This document shows, one piece after another, positions 20,101 through 28,282 of a stretch of 64,000 nucleotides of DNA. The notes below the pieces were generated by a model. It did no database searches and was not told where the DNA came from. It was given only the letters and a program-made list of their open reading frames with translations. The translations under genes and the position numbers were made by a program. The DNA is taken from IMG/VR virus record IMGVR_UViG_3300031746_000008, positions 1 through 64,000 of that record; one strand, 5' to 3'. Source of the DNA: a virus. Lineage: Duplodnaviria; Caudoviricetes. Position 1 is the first letter of the stretch, and the number at the start of each line of letters is the position of its first letter.

Positions 20101-20466
20101 ATGAATAAAGAAAAACATGAAACAAATTTAATAATAAAAGAAATACGAGATTTAATTTCCGTAAAATGTTTTTATATTCAATTATATGAAAATCAAGGCA
20201 TAATAATTGAAGTTGCGTGGGTTTCAGGTACAAATCTTGATCTTAGTACATATCCAATTATCTATGTTCAAGATTTTAATAAATGGACAATGAAAAAATG
20301 TATCACCTTAGATCAATTAACTTATAAATTAAACGAATTAAAATCACGTATTGGTAGTATTTGTAGATTATGCGACACTGTTGCTAAAAATAGAAGAGTA
20401 AACAAAGTAGAATTTTTTGAAAATTTACTAGAAAGGGCAGAATATAAATGCAAACAAAAAAAATAA
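20101..20466 (+). CDS. Hypothetical protein
   Basis: AAGGA RBS; abuts ORF 19837-20100. Confidence 0.55.
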   Translation: MNKEKHETNLIIKEIRDLISVKCFYIQLYENQGIIIEVAWVSGTNLDLSTYPIIYVQDFNKWTMKKCITLDQLTYKLNELKSRIGSICRLCDTVAKNRRVNKVEFFENLLERAEYKCKQKK

Positions 20467-20522
20467 CATATGATGAAGTTATACAACAAATTACGGAGAT
20501 ATGTCAACTACCCACCGATAAA

Positions 20523-21671
20523 TCAGGTGAGCTTGCGAGAAATTAATCCCGTGATTGGCGAGTTGACAATCGCCTGCCCTTCAAGGATGTTGCCACCCAG
20601 GTAGGGGAGATTTGAGCGTTGGGCTAATACGTGAGAAGCGTTAACATCTGCATCATATACTAGGCCGCTCTTTGAATAAAACCTACATCCCACTCTTTTA
20701 CCTTCTCTTTTTCCGGTAACAGAATCAATTTGAGAAGAAAATTTTGGGCAAACTCTGACCACTAACTTACCAATTAGTGCGGCTTTGTAGGTTAGAACAT
20801 CCAGGGTTTCTGCAAAACCAACTTGACTACGCCGGTTTACATTATCTTTAAAATGTTTTTTTGTTTTAATGCTTTTCGCGTTTAAATTTTCAACAACAAC
20901 AACATTTGCCTTAGTCTTTAATAGAACATTAACTAATTTATGTCTAAATTCTTTATTTATATTTCGTTCTTTGTGACGAAGTTTTTTCAATTGACGAGTA
21001 GCAGATTTAGCTTTAAGTCTACGCTTTAGAAAACGTATCTTTCTTAATTGTTTTTTATAGTCTTTGTCTAAAAAGATTCTGCCATCGCTTGTAGCAGCAA
21101 ATCTCCGACAACCAAGATCAACACCTAGTGCAAGTTTGGGCTCAACTAAGAGAGTGGAGACCTTAAAAGGTAAGCAAATCCAAATATCATTGTTTTCACA
21201 AAAAATGGTTGGATCACTGAAAAGATATTTTTCCAAAAATCTGGTAAGCCTCTCATAAATACATAAAGAAACTTCCACTCGTTTTTTCAATGTTGTAATA
21301 CGAAACGCTGTATTTTTATAGGAGTATAATCTTTTATCCAACGTAAGCGACAGCCTTTTCTTTTCGCAGGGTTTAGTAATTTTATGTTTATTGCTTTTAG
21401 CGGAACGATAGGCCGATAAAACAGCTTGTTCTGCCTTAATAACTAGTTGAGACTTTATTTCTGGAAATTCGTTTCGTACACGCCGGTACGCTTTATCGTG
21501 GAGATTTTTAATACCATTTTTACAATTCAAGTATCCATTTTCATTAACACTAAAATGCAAAGGAGAAATTTCATTAAACAAAAGCCTGGAGGATTCAAGA
21601 ACTTCAAATAACGCTCTTTTATCTTCCTCGTTTTTAAAAATCAATTTTGTCTTTAATGCCAACGTTTGCAT
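20523..21671 (-). CDS. tnpB: RNA-guided endonuclease TnpB
   Basis: RuvC triad GVDLG / VVENL / DADVNA; 382 aa; stop codon inside the right-end hairpin. Confidence 0.9.
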   Translation of the reverse strand: MQTLALKTKLIFKNEEDKRALFEVLESSRLLFNEISPLHFSVNENGYLNCKNGIKNLHDKAYRRVRNEFPEIKSQLVIKAEQAVLSAYRSAKSNKHKITKPCEKKRLSLTLDKRLYSYKNTAFRITTLKKRVEVSLCIYERLTRFLEKYLFSDPTIFCENNDIWICLPFKVSTLLVEPKLALGVDLGCRRFAATSDGRIFLDKDYKKQLRKIRFLKRRLKAKSATRQLKKLRHKERNINKEFRHKLVNVLLKTKANVVVVENLNAKSIKTKKHFKDNVNRRSQVGFAETLDVLTYKAALIGKLVVRVCPKFSSQIDSVTGKREGKRVGCRFYSKSGLVYDADVNASHVLAQRSNLPYLGGNILEGQAIVNSPITGLISRKLT

Positions 21672-21676
21672 ACTAT

Positions 21677-21685
21677 ATTATACAC
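21677..21685 (-). promoter_or_regulatory. GTGTATAAT promoter motif, probably giving a leaderless tnpB mRNA
   Basis: Minus strand reads GTG-TATAAT-ATAGT-ATG; no SD sequence. Confidence 0.55.
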
Positions 21686-21806
21686 CAAATATCATTTAAA
21701 AGATAAAAAATATTAAATTTTATTAAAAATATGCAATATTCGAGGAGGTAAGATCGTCTTTCCTCCCTATATTGAAATAACAGGGTTTCCGGACGAGGTA
21801 ATTATT

Positions 21807-21950
21807 ATGAAAACAGATGGAAGATTTTGTATAACAGAATGTATGGAGGCTTGGCCCGCAAGATTTGTGGATCTGTCAAACGGCGACGAGCACGGAACAA
21901 GCGAAAATACAATGGTAGAACCACTTTCTCTTCAGGTTACGGACAATTAA
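21807..21950 (+). CDS. Small hypothetical protein starting at the IS insertion site
   Basis: 47-aa ORF MKTDGRF...; GAGGT 7 nt upstream lies inside the IS end; stop is 1 nt before the next ATG. Confidence 0.45.
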   Translation: MKTDGRFCITECMEAWPARFVDLSNGDEHGTSENTMVEPLSLQVTDN

Positions 21951-21951
21951 A

Positions 21952-22302
21952 ATGAAAATTTTAAATAAATTCAAAGGATTTTCTTCTCATAGATACAATA
22001 GAGAACCCTTAGAAAAATTGTTTGCCGAATGTTGGCAAGAAGAAAACACCCAATTAGCTGTAAGAAATTGTACTTTGGATCATTTGTTTTCAGGGAATGT
22101 AGATGAACATTATGTTGAAATTCAATCTAATGAAAATTACAAACTTGCAGCGACACTAATTCAGTGGTTAGGAAGTCCGGTCGGCCAAGGATTTTTGGCT
22201 CACGTAATAGAAAAAGCGATGAACAAAAATATACCAATGCCAATGTTTGAGCCGGTAAGTGGTTGTTTTGGTAAAAGCTTAACTGATCCGGGACGGAGAT
22301 AA
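21952..22302 (+). CDS. Hypothetical phage protein
   Basis: AAT-x-IQWLGSPVG motif. Confidence 0.65.
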   Translation: MKILNKFKGFSSHRYNREPLEKLFAECWQEENTQLAVRNCTLDHLFSGNVDEHYVEIQSNENYKLAATLIQWLGSPVGQGFLAHVIEKAMNKNIPMPMFEPVSGCFGKSLTDPGRR

Positions 22303-22947
22303 TTGATGGATTTAATCGGGCAAAGATTTGAAAGACTTCTCGTTATTAAACAGGACGGTAGAAATAGATCCAACCAAATACTTTGGTTATGCTTGTGTGA
22401 TTGTGGAAAAGAAATAAAAGTAACATCCGGTGATTTAAAAAGTAAACACACAAAAAGCTGTGGATGTTTTAGTAAAGAACAAACAATATTAAGAAATAAA
22501 AATAGAACCAAGCACCAAAAATGCAAAACTAAAATTTATTATATATGGTCGAGTATGATTTCTAGATGTAACGACAAAAATCATAAAGCATACAAGAACT
22601 ATGGAGGAAGAATCCCTCCAATTACAGTTTGTAAAAGATGGTCAAATAAGAAAAACGGATTTGAAAATTTTTATAAAGACGTTGGCGATCCACCATATAA
22701 AAAATCTCTTGATAGAACAGACAATAACAAGGGGTATTTTCCAGGTAACTGGAGATGGGCAACAAACAAACAACAACATAGAAACATGAAAACTAACATA
22801 AACATTAATGGATTGTGTTTAAAAGATCATTGCAAAAAATTTAATCTAAATTATCATACGATAATGACAAGGATAGATACATACGGATATTCTATGGAAG
22901 AAGCTTTAACAATACCAATAAGAAAATATAATAGGAGAAAAAAATAA
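22303..22947 (+). CDS. Homing endonuclease-like protein, HNH family A
   Basis: DLIGQRFERL..CLCDCG..SCGC..YGGR..LDRTDN..NWRW. Confidence 0.8.
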   Translation: MMDLIGQRFERLLVIKQDGRNRSNQILWLCLCDCGKEIKVTSGDLKSKHTKSCGCFSKEQTILRNKNRTKHQKCKTKIYYIWSSMISRCNDKNHKAYKNYGGRIPPITVCKRWSNKKNGFENFYKDVGDPPYKKSLDRTDNNKGYFPGNWRWATNKQQHRNMKTNININGLCLKDHCKKFNLNYHTIMTRIDTYGYSMEEALTIPIRKYNRRKK

Positions 22948-23360
22948 TGTCCCTTTATTGTCAAATTGAAACTGCTATGAAAAATCAAGAAGCTTTAATT
23001 TTTGCTTTGATGGAAACTGGCTTGTGGCAAAGGGAACAAATAGAAATTTATGATGAACCACAACATCTTTTCGGATATAGGGGAGATTTAAGACAAGATA
23101 AAGCTAATATTATTATTCGTCGTAAAAATGTGGGTCCGAGTTCTAATGATATAGGATTCCAAAGAAATGAAGATGGAACATTCAAAGCCATTATTTCAGA
23201 GTTTGATAAATCAAAATACAACCAATCATGGATAGACAAGCTCAAGGCAAACTACGCTTTCCAAGCTATTCGTCTACAACAAGAAAAGAAAGGCAGACAA
23301 GTATCTAGAACCAAATTACCAGACGGTAAACAGAGGGTAACAATTCATGGATATAGATAA
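22947..23360 (+). CDS. DUF1257 (Ycf35-like) protein
   Basis: MS..I.T...L..AL...LFGYRGD.R..A.IIIRR..V...SNDIGF...DG.F.AIIS.FD pattern. Confidence 0.75.
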   Translation: MSLYCQIETAMKNQEALIFALMETGLWQREQIEIYDEPQHLFGYRGDLRQDKANIIIRRKNVGPSSNDIGFQRNEDGTFKAIISEFDKSKYNQSWIDKLKANYAFQAIRLQQEKKGRQVSRTKLPDGKQRVTIHGYR

Positions 23361-23569
23361 AGGAAAATGAAATGCAAAAAATATTATATTTTAACAGCGA
23401 GGGATACTGTACACTAATAAGAGATAAGGAAACAATTTTTACCATGTTCTGTGAATTGCCGGAAGATTTTATTCCTGAAGGAATACCTATTGAAGAATTT
23501 GTTTGTAATCCAAAATTTAGAATAACAAATGGTCGTCATGTAAATAAAGGAAGTGTATGTTAAAATTTT

Positions 23570-24241
23570 ATGTTTATTAAAGGTTATATCTCTGGTATTT
23601 ATAGAATAACCTGTTCATCAACAGGAAAATTTTATATAGGAAGTGCTATTAATCTTAAAAGACGGTTCGAGTTTCATTTATCTAGATTAAAAAACGGAAA
23701 TCATATCAATACCTATTTACAAAACTCATGGAATAAATATGGAAAAGAAAATTTTAAATTTGAAATAATTGAAATTGTTTATGATATAAAAAAATTATCA
23801 ATAAAAGAACAATTGTGGTTAGACCAAACAAAATGTTATAATTCAAATATTGGATTCAATATTTCTAAAAATACTATTACTCCAATGTTGGGCCGGAATC
23901 ATACAAGAGCAACAAAAGAAAAAATAAGCAATTCTAAAAAAGGAACAAGGCTCACCAAAGAACATAAATTAAAATTAAGTATTGCTTTAAAGGGACGACA
24001 CCGACCCAGTTTAGTTAAGGAAAAAATTAGAAAAGCACAGATTGGTATCCCGAAACCACAATCAAGTCAACCAGGAAGTAAGCACGGAGCAGCTACAATA
24101 AACGAAAAAACAGCGATAGACATTATAAGAGATCATAAAAAAGGATTGTCTTATAAGGAATTAGTTATAAAATATGGAGCCAGCTATAAAACAATTTGGT
24201 TATTGACACATAAAATAACATGGAAACATATCAAGGAATAA
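23570..24241 (+). CDS. GIY-YIG homing endonuclease with NUMOD3 repeats
   Basis: SGIYRI..FYIGSA..R..H..LQNSWNKYG; H-T-x-x-TKEKIS repeats. Confidence 0.9.
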   Translation: MFIKGYISGIYRITCSSTGKFYIGSAINLKRRFEFHLSRLKNGNHINTYLQNSWNKYGKENFKFEIIEIVYDIKKLSIKEQLWLDQTKCYNSNIGFNISKNTITPMLGRNHTRATKEKISNSKKGTRLTKEHKLKLSIALKGRHRPSLVKEKIRKAQIGIPKPQSSQPGSKHGAATINEKTAIDIIRDHKKGLSYKELVIKYGASYKTIWLLTHKITWKHIKE

Positions 24242-24246
24242 AATAA

Positions 24247-24363
24247 ATGAGCGATTTAGTCCGATCATATAATTTTAAGGACGTAGCAATTTGCCAAAAA
24301 GAAAATATTTGTAATAGTAGGCTAGACGCAAAAAATAGAGGGGAAATAAGGGAATATAGGTAA
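24247..24363 (+). pseudogene. Duplicate N-terminal fragment of the downstream GMP reductase-like gene
   Basis: MSDLVRSYNFKDVAICQKENICNSRLDAK aligns with MFKKSYKFSDIAIYQKENICKSRLDTK at 24989. Confidence 0.75.
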
Positions 24364-24989
24364 TGGGCAAATTTATTGATTTAACGGGATTAAAATTTGG
24401 AAGATGGACAATTCTTAAACAAATAAACACCAACAAAAAGAAATCTAGATGGAAATGTGAATGTAGTTGCGGAATCATAAAAAATATAGACGGATATAGT
24501 TTAAGAACAGGAGATTCAAAAAGTTGCGGATGCCTGCACAAAGATATAATGACCAAACATGGGCTTAGCAATTCTCATATTGATAAAATATGGAAATCTA
24601 TGATTCAAAGGTGTACCAACCCCAAAAATCCAAGATATAAAGATTACGGAAATAGAGGCATTACGGTTTGCAAAAGGTGGTTGCCTAAAAATAACGGATT
24701 TATTAATTTTCTTAATGACATGGGACTACCGCCAAGCAAGAAGCATCAGATAGATAGAATTGATAACAATAAAGGATATCATAAAAAGAATTGTCGATGG
24801 AGCACCAATAAAGAAAATAATTACAACAGAAGAGATAGCCATATGTTAACATATAAAGGTAAAACACAATGTATTGCAGCCTGGGCCGAAGAATATAATC
24901 TTCCTTACGATACACTTCGGACAAGAATAAGGAGGGGTTGGAATATTGATAGAGCATTAAACGAACCCATCAGGAGAAAAATAAAATAA
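24363..24989 (+). CDS. Homing endonuclease-like protein, HNH family A
   Basis: DLTGLKFGRW..CECSCG..SCGC..DYG.RGI..IDRIDN..NCRW. Confidence 0.8.
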   Translation: MGKFIDLTGLKFGRWTILKQINTNKKKSRWKCECSCGIIKNIDGYSLRTGDSKSCGCLHKDIMTKHGLSNSHIDKIWKSMIQRCTNPKNPRYKDYGNRGITVCKRWLPKNNGFINFLNDMGLPPSKKHQIDRIDNNKGYHKKNCRWSTNKENNYNRRDSHMLTYKGKTQCIAAWAEEYNLPYDTLRTRIRRGWNIDRALNEPIRRKIK

Positions 24990-27055
24990 TGTTTAAAAAA
25001 TCATATAAATTTTCTGACATAGCAATTTATCAAAAAGAGAATATTTGCAAAAGTCGGCTTGACACAAAAATAAAAAGCGAGATAATTCGCGGAGTAATCC
25101 GTCCACTTCCCCTTTTGGCAGCGAATATGTCAACAGTCACGAATGCGGAATTCTCGATAGGGCTTTATAGGCTTGGGGCTATGGGGGTTTTACACAGAGC
25201 TTTTCCAAATACAGATGATTATATATCGGAAACAAAAAAAATAACAAAGGAAATTCCCTCTGTTGCGGTTTCCATTGGAATAAAAGATTCAGATTATATA
25301 TTGGTTGAAAAATTAATAAAAGCTGGATCTAACATTATTTTCGTCGATGTAGCTCATGGTTTTAATAAATATGCATTACAAATGTGCCAACATATAAAAA
25401 AATTCTATCCAACAATAAAAGTTGTCGCCGGAAATACTATTAATCCTGATATGATAGGGATGTTCAATGATTATGTAGATGCAATAAAAATCGGCATAGG
25501 TGGTGGTAATTCCTGTTCGACGGCGACAGTAGTTGGTTGTACAAAAAATCAATTTTCTGCTATCTATGATTTAAAAGAAATCTCACAAAAATATGGTATG
25601 CCAATCATTAGTGACGGGAACATTCGTTGCCCCGCCGATTTCACCAAAGCTATCGGGGCAGGAGCTAGTTGTGCTATGGCTGGTAGTATATTCGCCAGAT
25701 GCCCAGAGAGTGCTTCAGAAACGATAGAAATTGATGGGATAAAGAAGAAAATTCTGGCGGGCATGTCATGTTATAGCGACGACACAGAAATATTAACCAT
25801 CAATGGATGGAAAAATTTTTCAGAAATAAAATTATCTGACGATTTAGCAACTTTAAATACAGAAACAAAATTAATGGAATTTCAAAAACCAACAAATATT
25901 TTTAATTATAATTATAACGGGGAAATGATAAATATAAATCATAAAGCTATTGATTTATTAGTAACACCAAATCACAGAATGTATGTTGCTAAACGAGCAA
26001 GAATTAAGGATGGATATAAAGAAAAATTTAAATTCGTTAAGGCGGAACGGTGTTGTAAGGAAAATTTTAAGTATCAAAAAATATGCGGATGGAAGGGAGA
26101 ATATTCCAAATTTTTTAAGATACCCGATGTTGTCTCTGGATATAAAAATAAATATAAGAAAATAGGAACAAATTTTCTGACAGAAGAATGGATTGATTTT
26201 TTTGGATTCTGGTTAGCAGAAGGGTGGGCAAATAAAAGAATATCAAAATCAAAAAAACATATCAGTTATAATCCTAATCATTTTGTGTATTCCATAAGTA
26301 TTTCAAATAATAATAAAAAATTGATAAATCATTATGTAACCTTATTAAGAAAATATAATATTGGTTCCTTTGTAAGAAAAAGGAATAAAAATTATGAACT
26401 TACAATACAAAACATGCCCCTTTGCAGTTATTTGATGAAATTTGGGAAGGCTCATGAAAAATTTATTCCGAAAAAAATTAAAAATCTACCGACTAAATTA
26501 TTAGAGATTTTAATAAATTCAATATTTCTCGGTGACGGTTGTAAAAACAGAAATTCTATAACTAGTTCTTCCACTAAATTTATAGACGATATATCAGAGA
26601 TATGTATAAAATGTGGATTAACTCCAACAATTCACTTGAATCATCCAAAGGGATCTTTAGGAGAAATTAATGGGAAAAGTTTCGTTAGAAAATATGATTC
26701 ATTTTCTGTTTATGTAGGTAAATATTGGCATAACCCCACCATCCTCCCAAAACACTATAGTTTTATAGATTATAGTGGCAAAGTGTATTGCGCAGAGGTT
26801 CCTAATGGAATATTATGTGTAAGAAGAAACAATAAATATACGTGGTGTGGCAATAGTGAATATGTCCAGAATAAATGGAAGGGTGGTTTAAAACCAGGAA
26901 CTTCGGCAGAGGGCAAATTAATTCATCTTGACATAGGAGAACCAGTAGAATCACTTTTAAATAGGTATGCGGGGGCATTAAGAAGCGCGATAAGTTATGC
27001 CGGTTTTGATAACATTCAAGATTTTCAGAGGGGGTGTGAATTTCTTCTGATATAG
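24989..27055 (+). CDS. guaC: GMP reductase / IMP dehydrogenase family enzyme with intein
   Basis: AANM, DVAHG, AGN, KIGIGGGNSC, SDG, GMS|S, AEG, LRSAISY; extein about 326 aa without CBS domains; GuaC versus GuaB not resolved. Confidence 0.75.
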   Translation: MFKKSYKFSDIAIYQKENICKSRLDTKIKSEIIRGVIRPLPLLAANMSTVTNAEFSIGLYRLGAMGVLHRAFPNTDDYISETKKITKEIPSVAVSIGIKDSDYILVEKLIKAGSNIIFVDVAHGFNKYALQMCQHIKKFYPTIKVVAGNTINPDMIGMFNDYVDAIKIGIGGGNSCSTATVVGCTKNQFSAIYDLKEISQKYGMPIISDGNIRCPADFTKAIGAGASCAMAGSIFARCPESASETIEIDGIKKKILAGMSCYSDDTEILTINGWKNFSEIKLSDDLATLNTETKLMEFQKPTNIFNYNYNGEMININHKAIDLLVTPNHRMYVAKRARIKDGYKEKFKFVKAERCCKENFKYQKICGWKGEYSKFFKIPDVVSGYKNKYKKIGTNFLTEEWIDFFGFWLAEGWANKRISKSKKHISYNPNHFVYSISISNNNKKLINHYVTLLRKYNIGSFVRKRNKNYELTIQNMPLCSYLMKFGKAHEKFIPKKIKNLPTKLLEILINSIFLGDGCKNRNSITSSSTKFIDDISEICIKCGLTPTIHLNHPKGSLGEINGKSFVRKYDSFSVYVGKYWHNPTILPKHYSFIDYSGKVYCAEVPNGILCVRRNNKYTWCGNSEYVQNKWKGGLKPGTSAEGKLIHLDIGEPVESLLNRYAGALRSAISYAGFDNIQDFQRGCEFLLI
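25769..26854 (+). mobile_element. Intein with LAGLIDADG endonuclease in the guaC-like gene (362 aa)
   Basis: CYSDDTEILT start, VTPNH block B, GFWLAEG and FLGDG motifs, ends WCGN|S. Confidence 0.9.
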
Positions 27056-27064
27056 AGACTAAAT

Positions 27065-27388
27065 ATGTTAAATAAAGATACAGTATTCTGTTTTACTGGC
27101 AAAGGCCCATTCTCTCGTAACAAAATGACAGATATAGCTATCAAGGCTGGAGCATCGGTCACAAAATCTGTCACTAATAAAACAACTATACTAGTTATAA
27201 TGGATATGAATAGCCAATCTATCAAGGCAAAAAGGGCTCGTGAAAATGGCATAGATTTGATTGGCCCACAAACATTTTTTGTAATGTGTAATATAAAAAA
27301 TAATACGTATACTGAGCATAAAGCTGAGTTTGAACAAAAAATTATTGCAGAACAAACCAAAAAACTATTGAGGAAAATAATTCTATGA
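27065..27388 (+). CDS. Stand-alone BRCT-domain protein
   Basis: FCFTG..SR....GASVTKSVTNKTTILV...S.K..RA..NGI, as in the NAD-ligase BRCT domain. Confidence 0.8.
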   Translation: MLNKDTVFCFTGKGPFSRNKMTDIAIKAGASVTKSVTNKTTILVIMDMNSQSIKAKRARENGIDLIGPQTFFVMCNIKNNTYTEHKAEFEQKIIAEQTKKLLRKIIL

Positions 27389-27626
27389 AAATTAAAAAAA
27401 TAGGAAACACAACGAGGGTGTGGTTGTCCCAAAACGACACGTTTAAATGGAGTCGCAGACCTAATGCGCAATGGCCCTGTTCTACAATAAGCGACAGAAG
27501 AGTATATGTAGAATTAAATGGTGCAAACGATATCGTTAATGTAAAAATAAATGGGAGAGATGCAAAAGATCTAGATTCCCACGAATTGAGATGTTGCCTC
27601 AACGATTTGACGAAAGGAAAATAATA

Positions 27627-27884
27627 ATGCAAATACCTATTATGGAAATAAATGAAAAAGGCAATATATCAACGATTTATAATGATTTTATAGATTTATA
27701 TGATCTAGGTTTAGTAACAAATATCCGTAGAGCATCTCATATTTTGTTTAATCAAGAAAAACAATATTGGGAAATTATAAACGCACAAACAAATGAAATT
27801 GTCTCTCAAAATAAGATTAGAGATAAGTGCGTCGAATGGGAGATAGAAAATTTTCAATGCGGGGGTAAATATTATAATGAATAA
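27627..27884 (+). CDS. Hypothetical protein with IRRASH motif
   Basis: IY-x-D-x-IDL-x-x-LG...IRRASH...W; AAAGGA RBS; overlaps the DUF2997-like gene. Confidence 0.65.
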   Translation: MQIPIMEINEKGNISTIYNDFIDLYDLGLVTNIRRASHILFNQEKQYWEIINAQTNEIVSQNKIRDKCVEWEIENFQCGGKYYNE

Positions 27885-28068
27885 TAAAAAAATTATAGTA
27901 GATATAACCAAAACAGGAGATGTGTCAATAGAAGGAAATAATTTCGTCGGACCTGAATGCGATCACTTTATAAAAGAGATAGCAGATTCAATAGGTAAAA
28001 CAATTTCTTCTGCGAAGAAAAAAGAATACAATATGAAAACCAGCACTAAGCAGAAAGAGAGAAATTAA
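27877..28068 (+). CDS. DUF2997-like protein
   Basis: I-x-V-x-I-x-x-x-G-x-V-x-I...F-x-G-x-x-C....I...IG....K-x-EY. Confidence 0.7.
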   Translation: MNNKKIIVDITKTGDVSIEGNNFVGPECDHFIKEIADSIGKTISSAKKKEYNMKTSTKQKERN

Positions 28069-28259
28069 TGAACAGCATATTAAATCAATCTGCCACTAAG
28101 AAATTTATATTGGCAAAAATAGCGGCACTTAGACCAGGATTTGAAAAACAAATTACTAGAGTTAGCAAATTAGCAATTGAAAATTACGAAGCAAGACTTC
28201 GCGCTATGATAGAATCAGATATAATGATTCACCCATCAGTAGGAAGGACATTTAAATGA
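28068..28259 (+). CDS. Putative histone-fold protein
   Basis: 63 aa, basic; S-x-x-KK...TRVS-x-x-A...long helix...GRT resembles prokaryotic histone L1/L2 loops. Confidence 0.45.
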   Translation: MNSILNQSATKKFILAKIAALRPGFEKQITRVSKLAIENYEARLRAMIESDIMIHPSVGRTFK

Positions 28260-28282
28260 AATTAGGACAGGAGAATAAAATA

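Larger units (their letters stand above)
20503..21806 (-). mobile_element. IS1341-like (tnpB-only) IS200/IS605-family element
   Basis: Right end CAAG-hairpin-TGAC; left end TCAT|17 nt|GAAA-hairpin(21765-21785); both fit the Y1 transposase guide/cleavage pairing rule. Confidence 0.8.
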
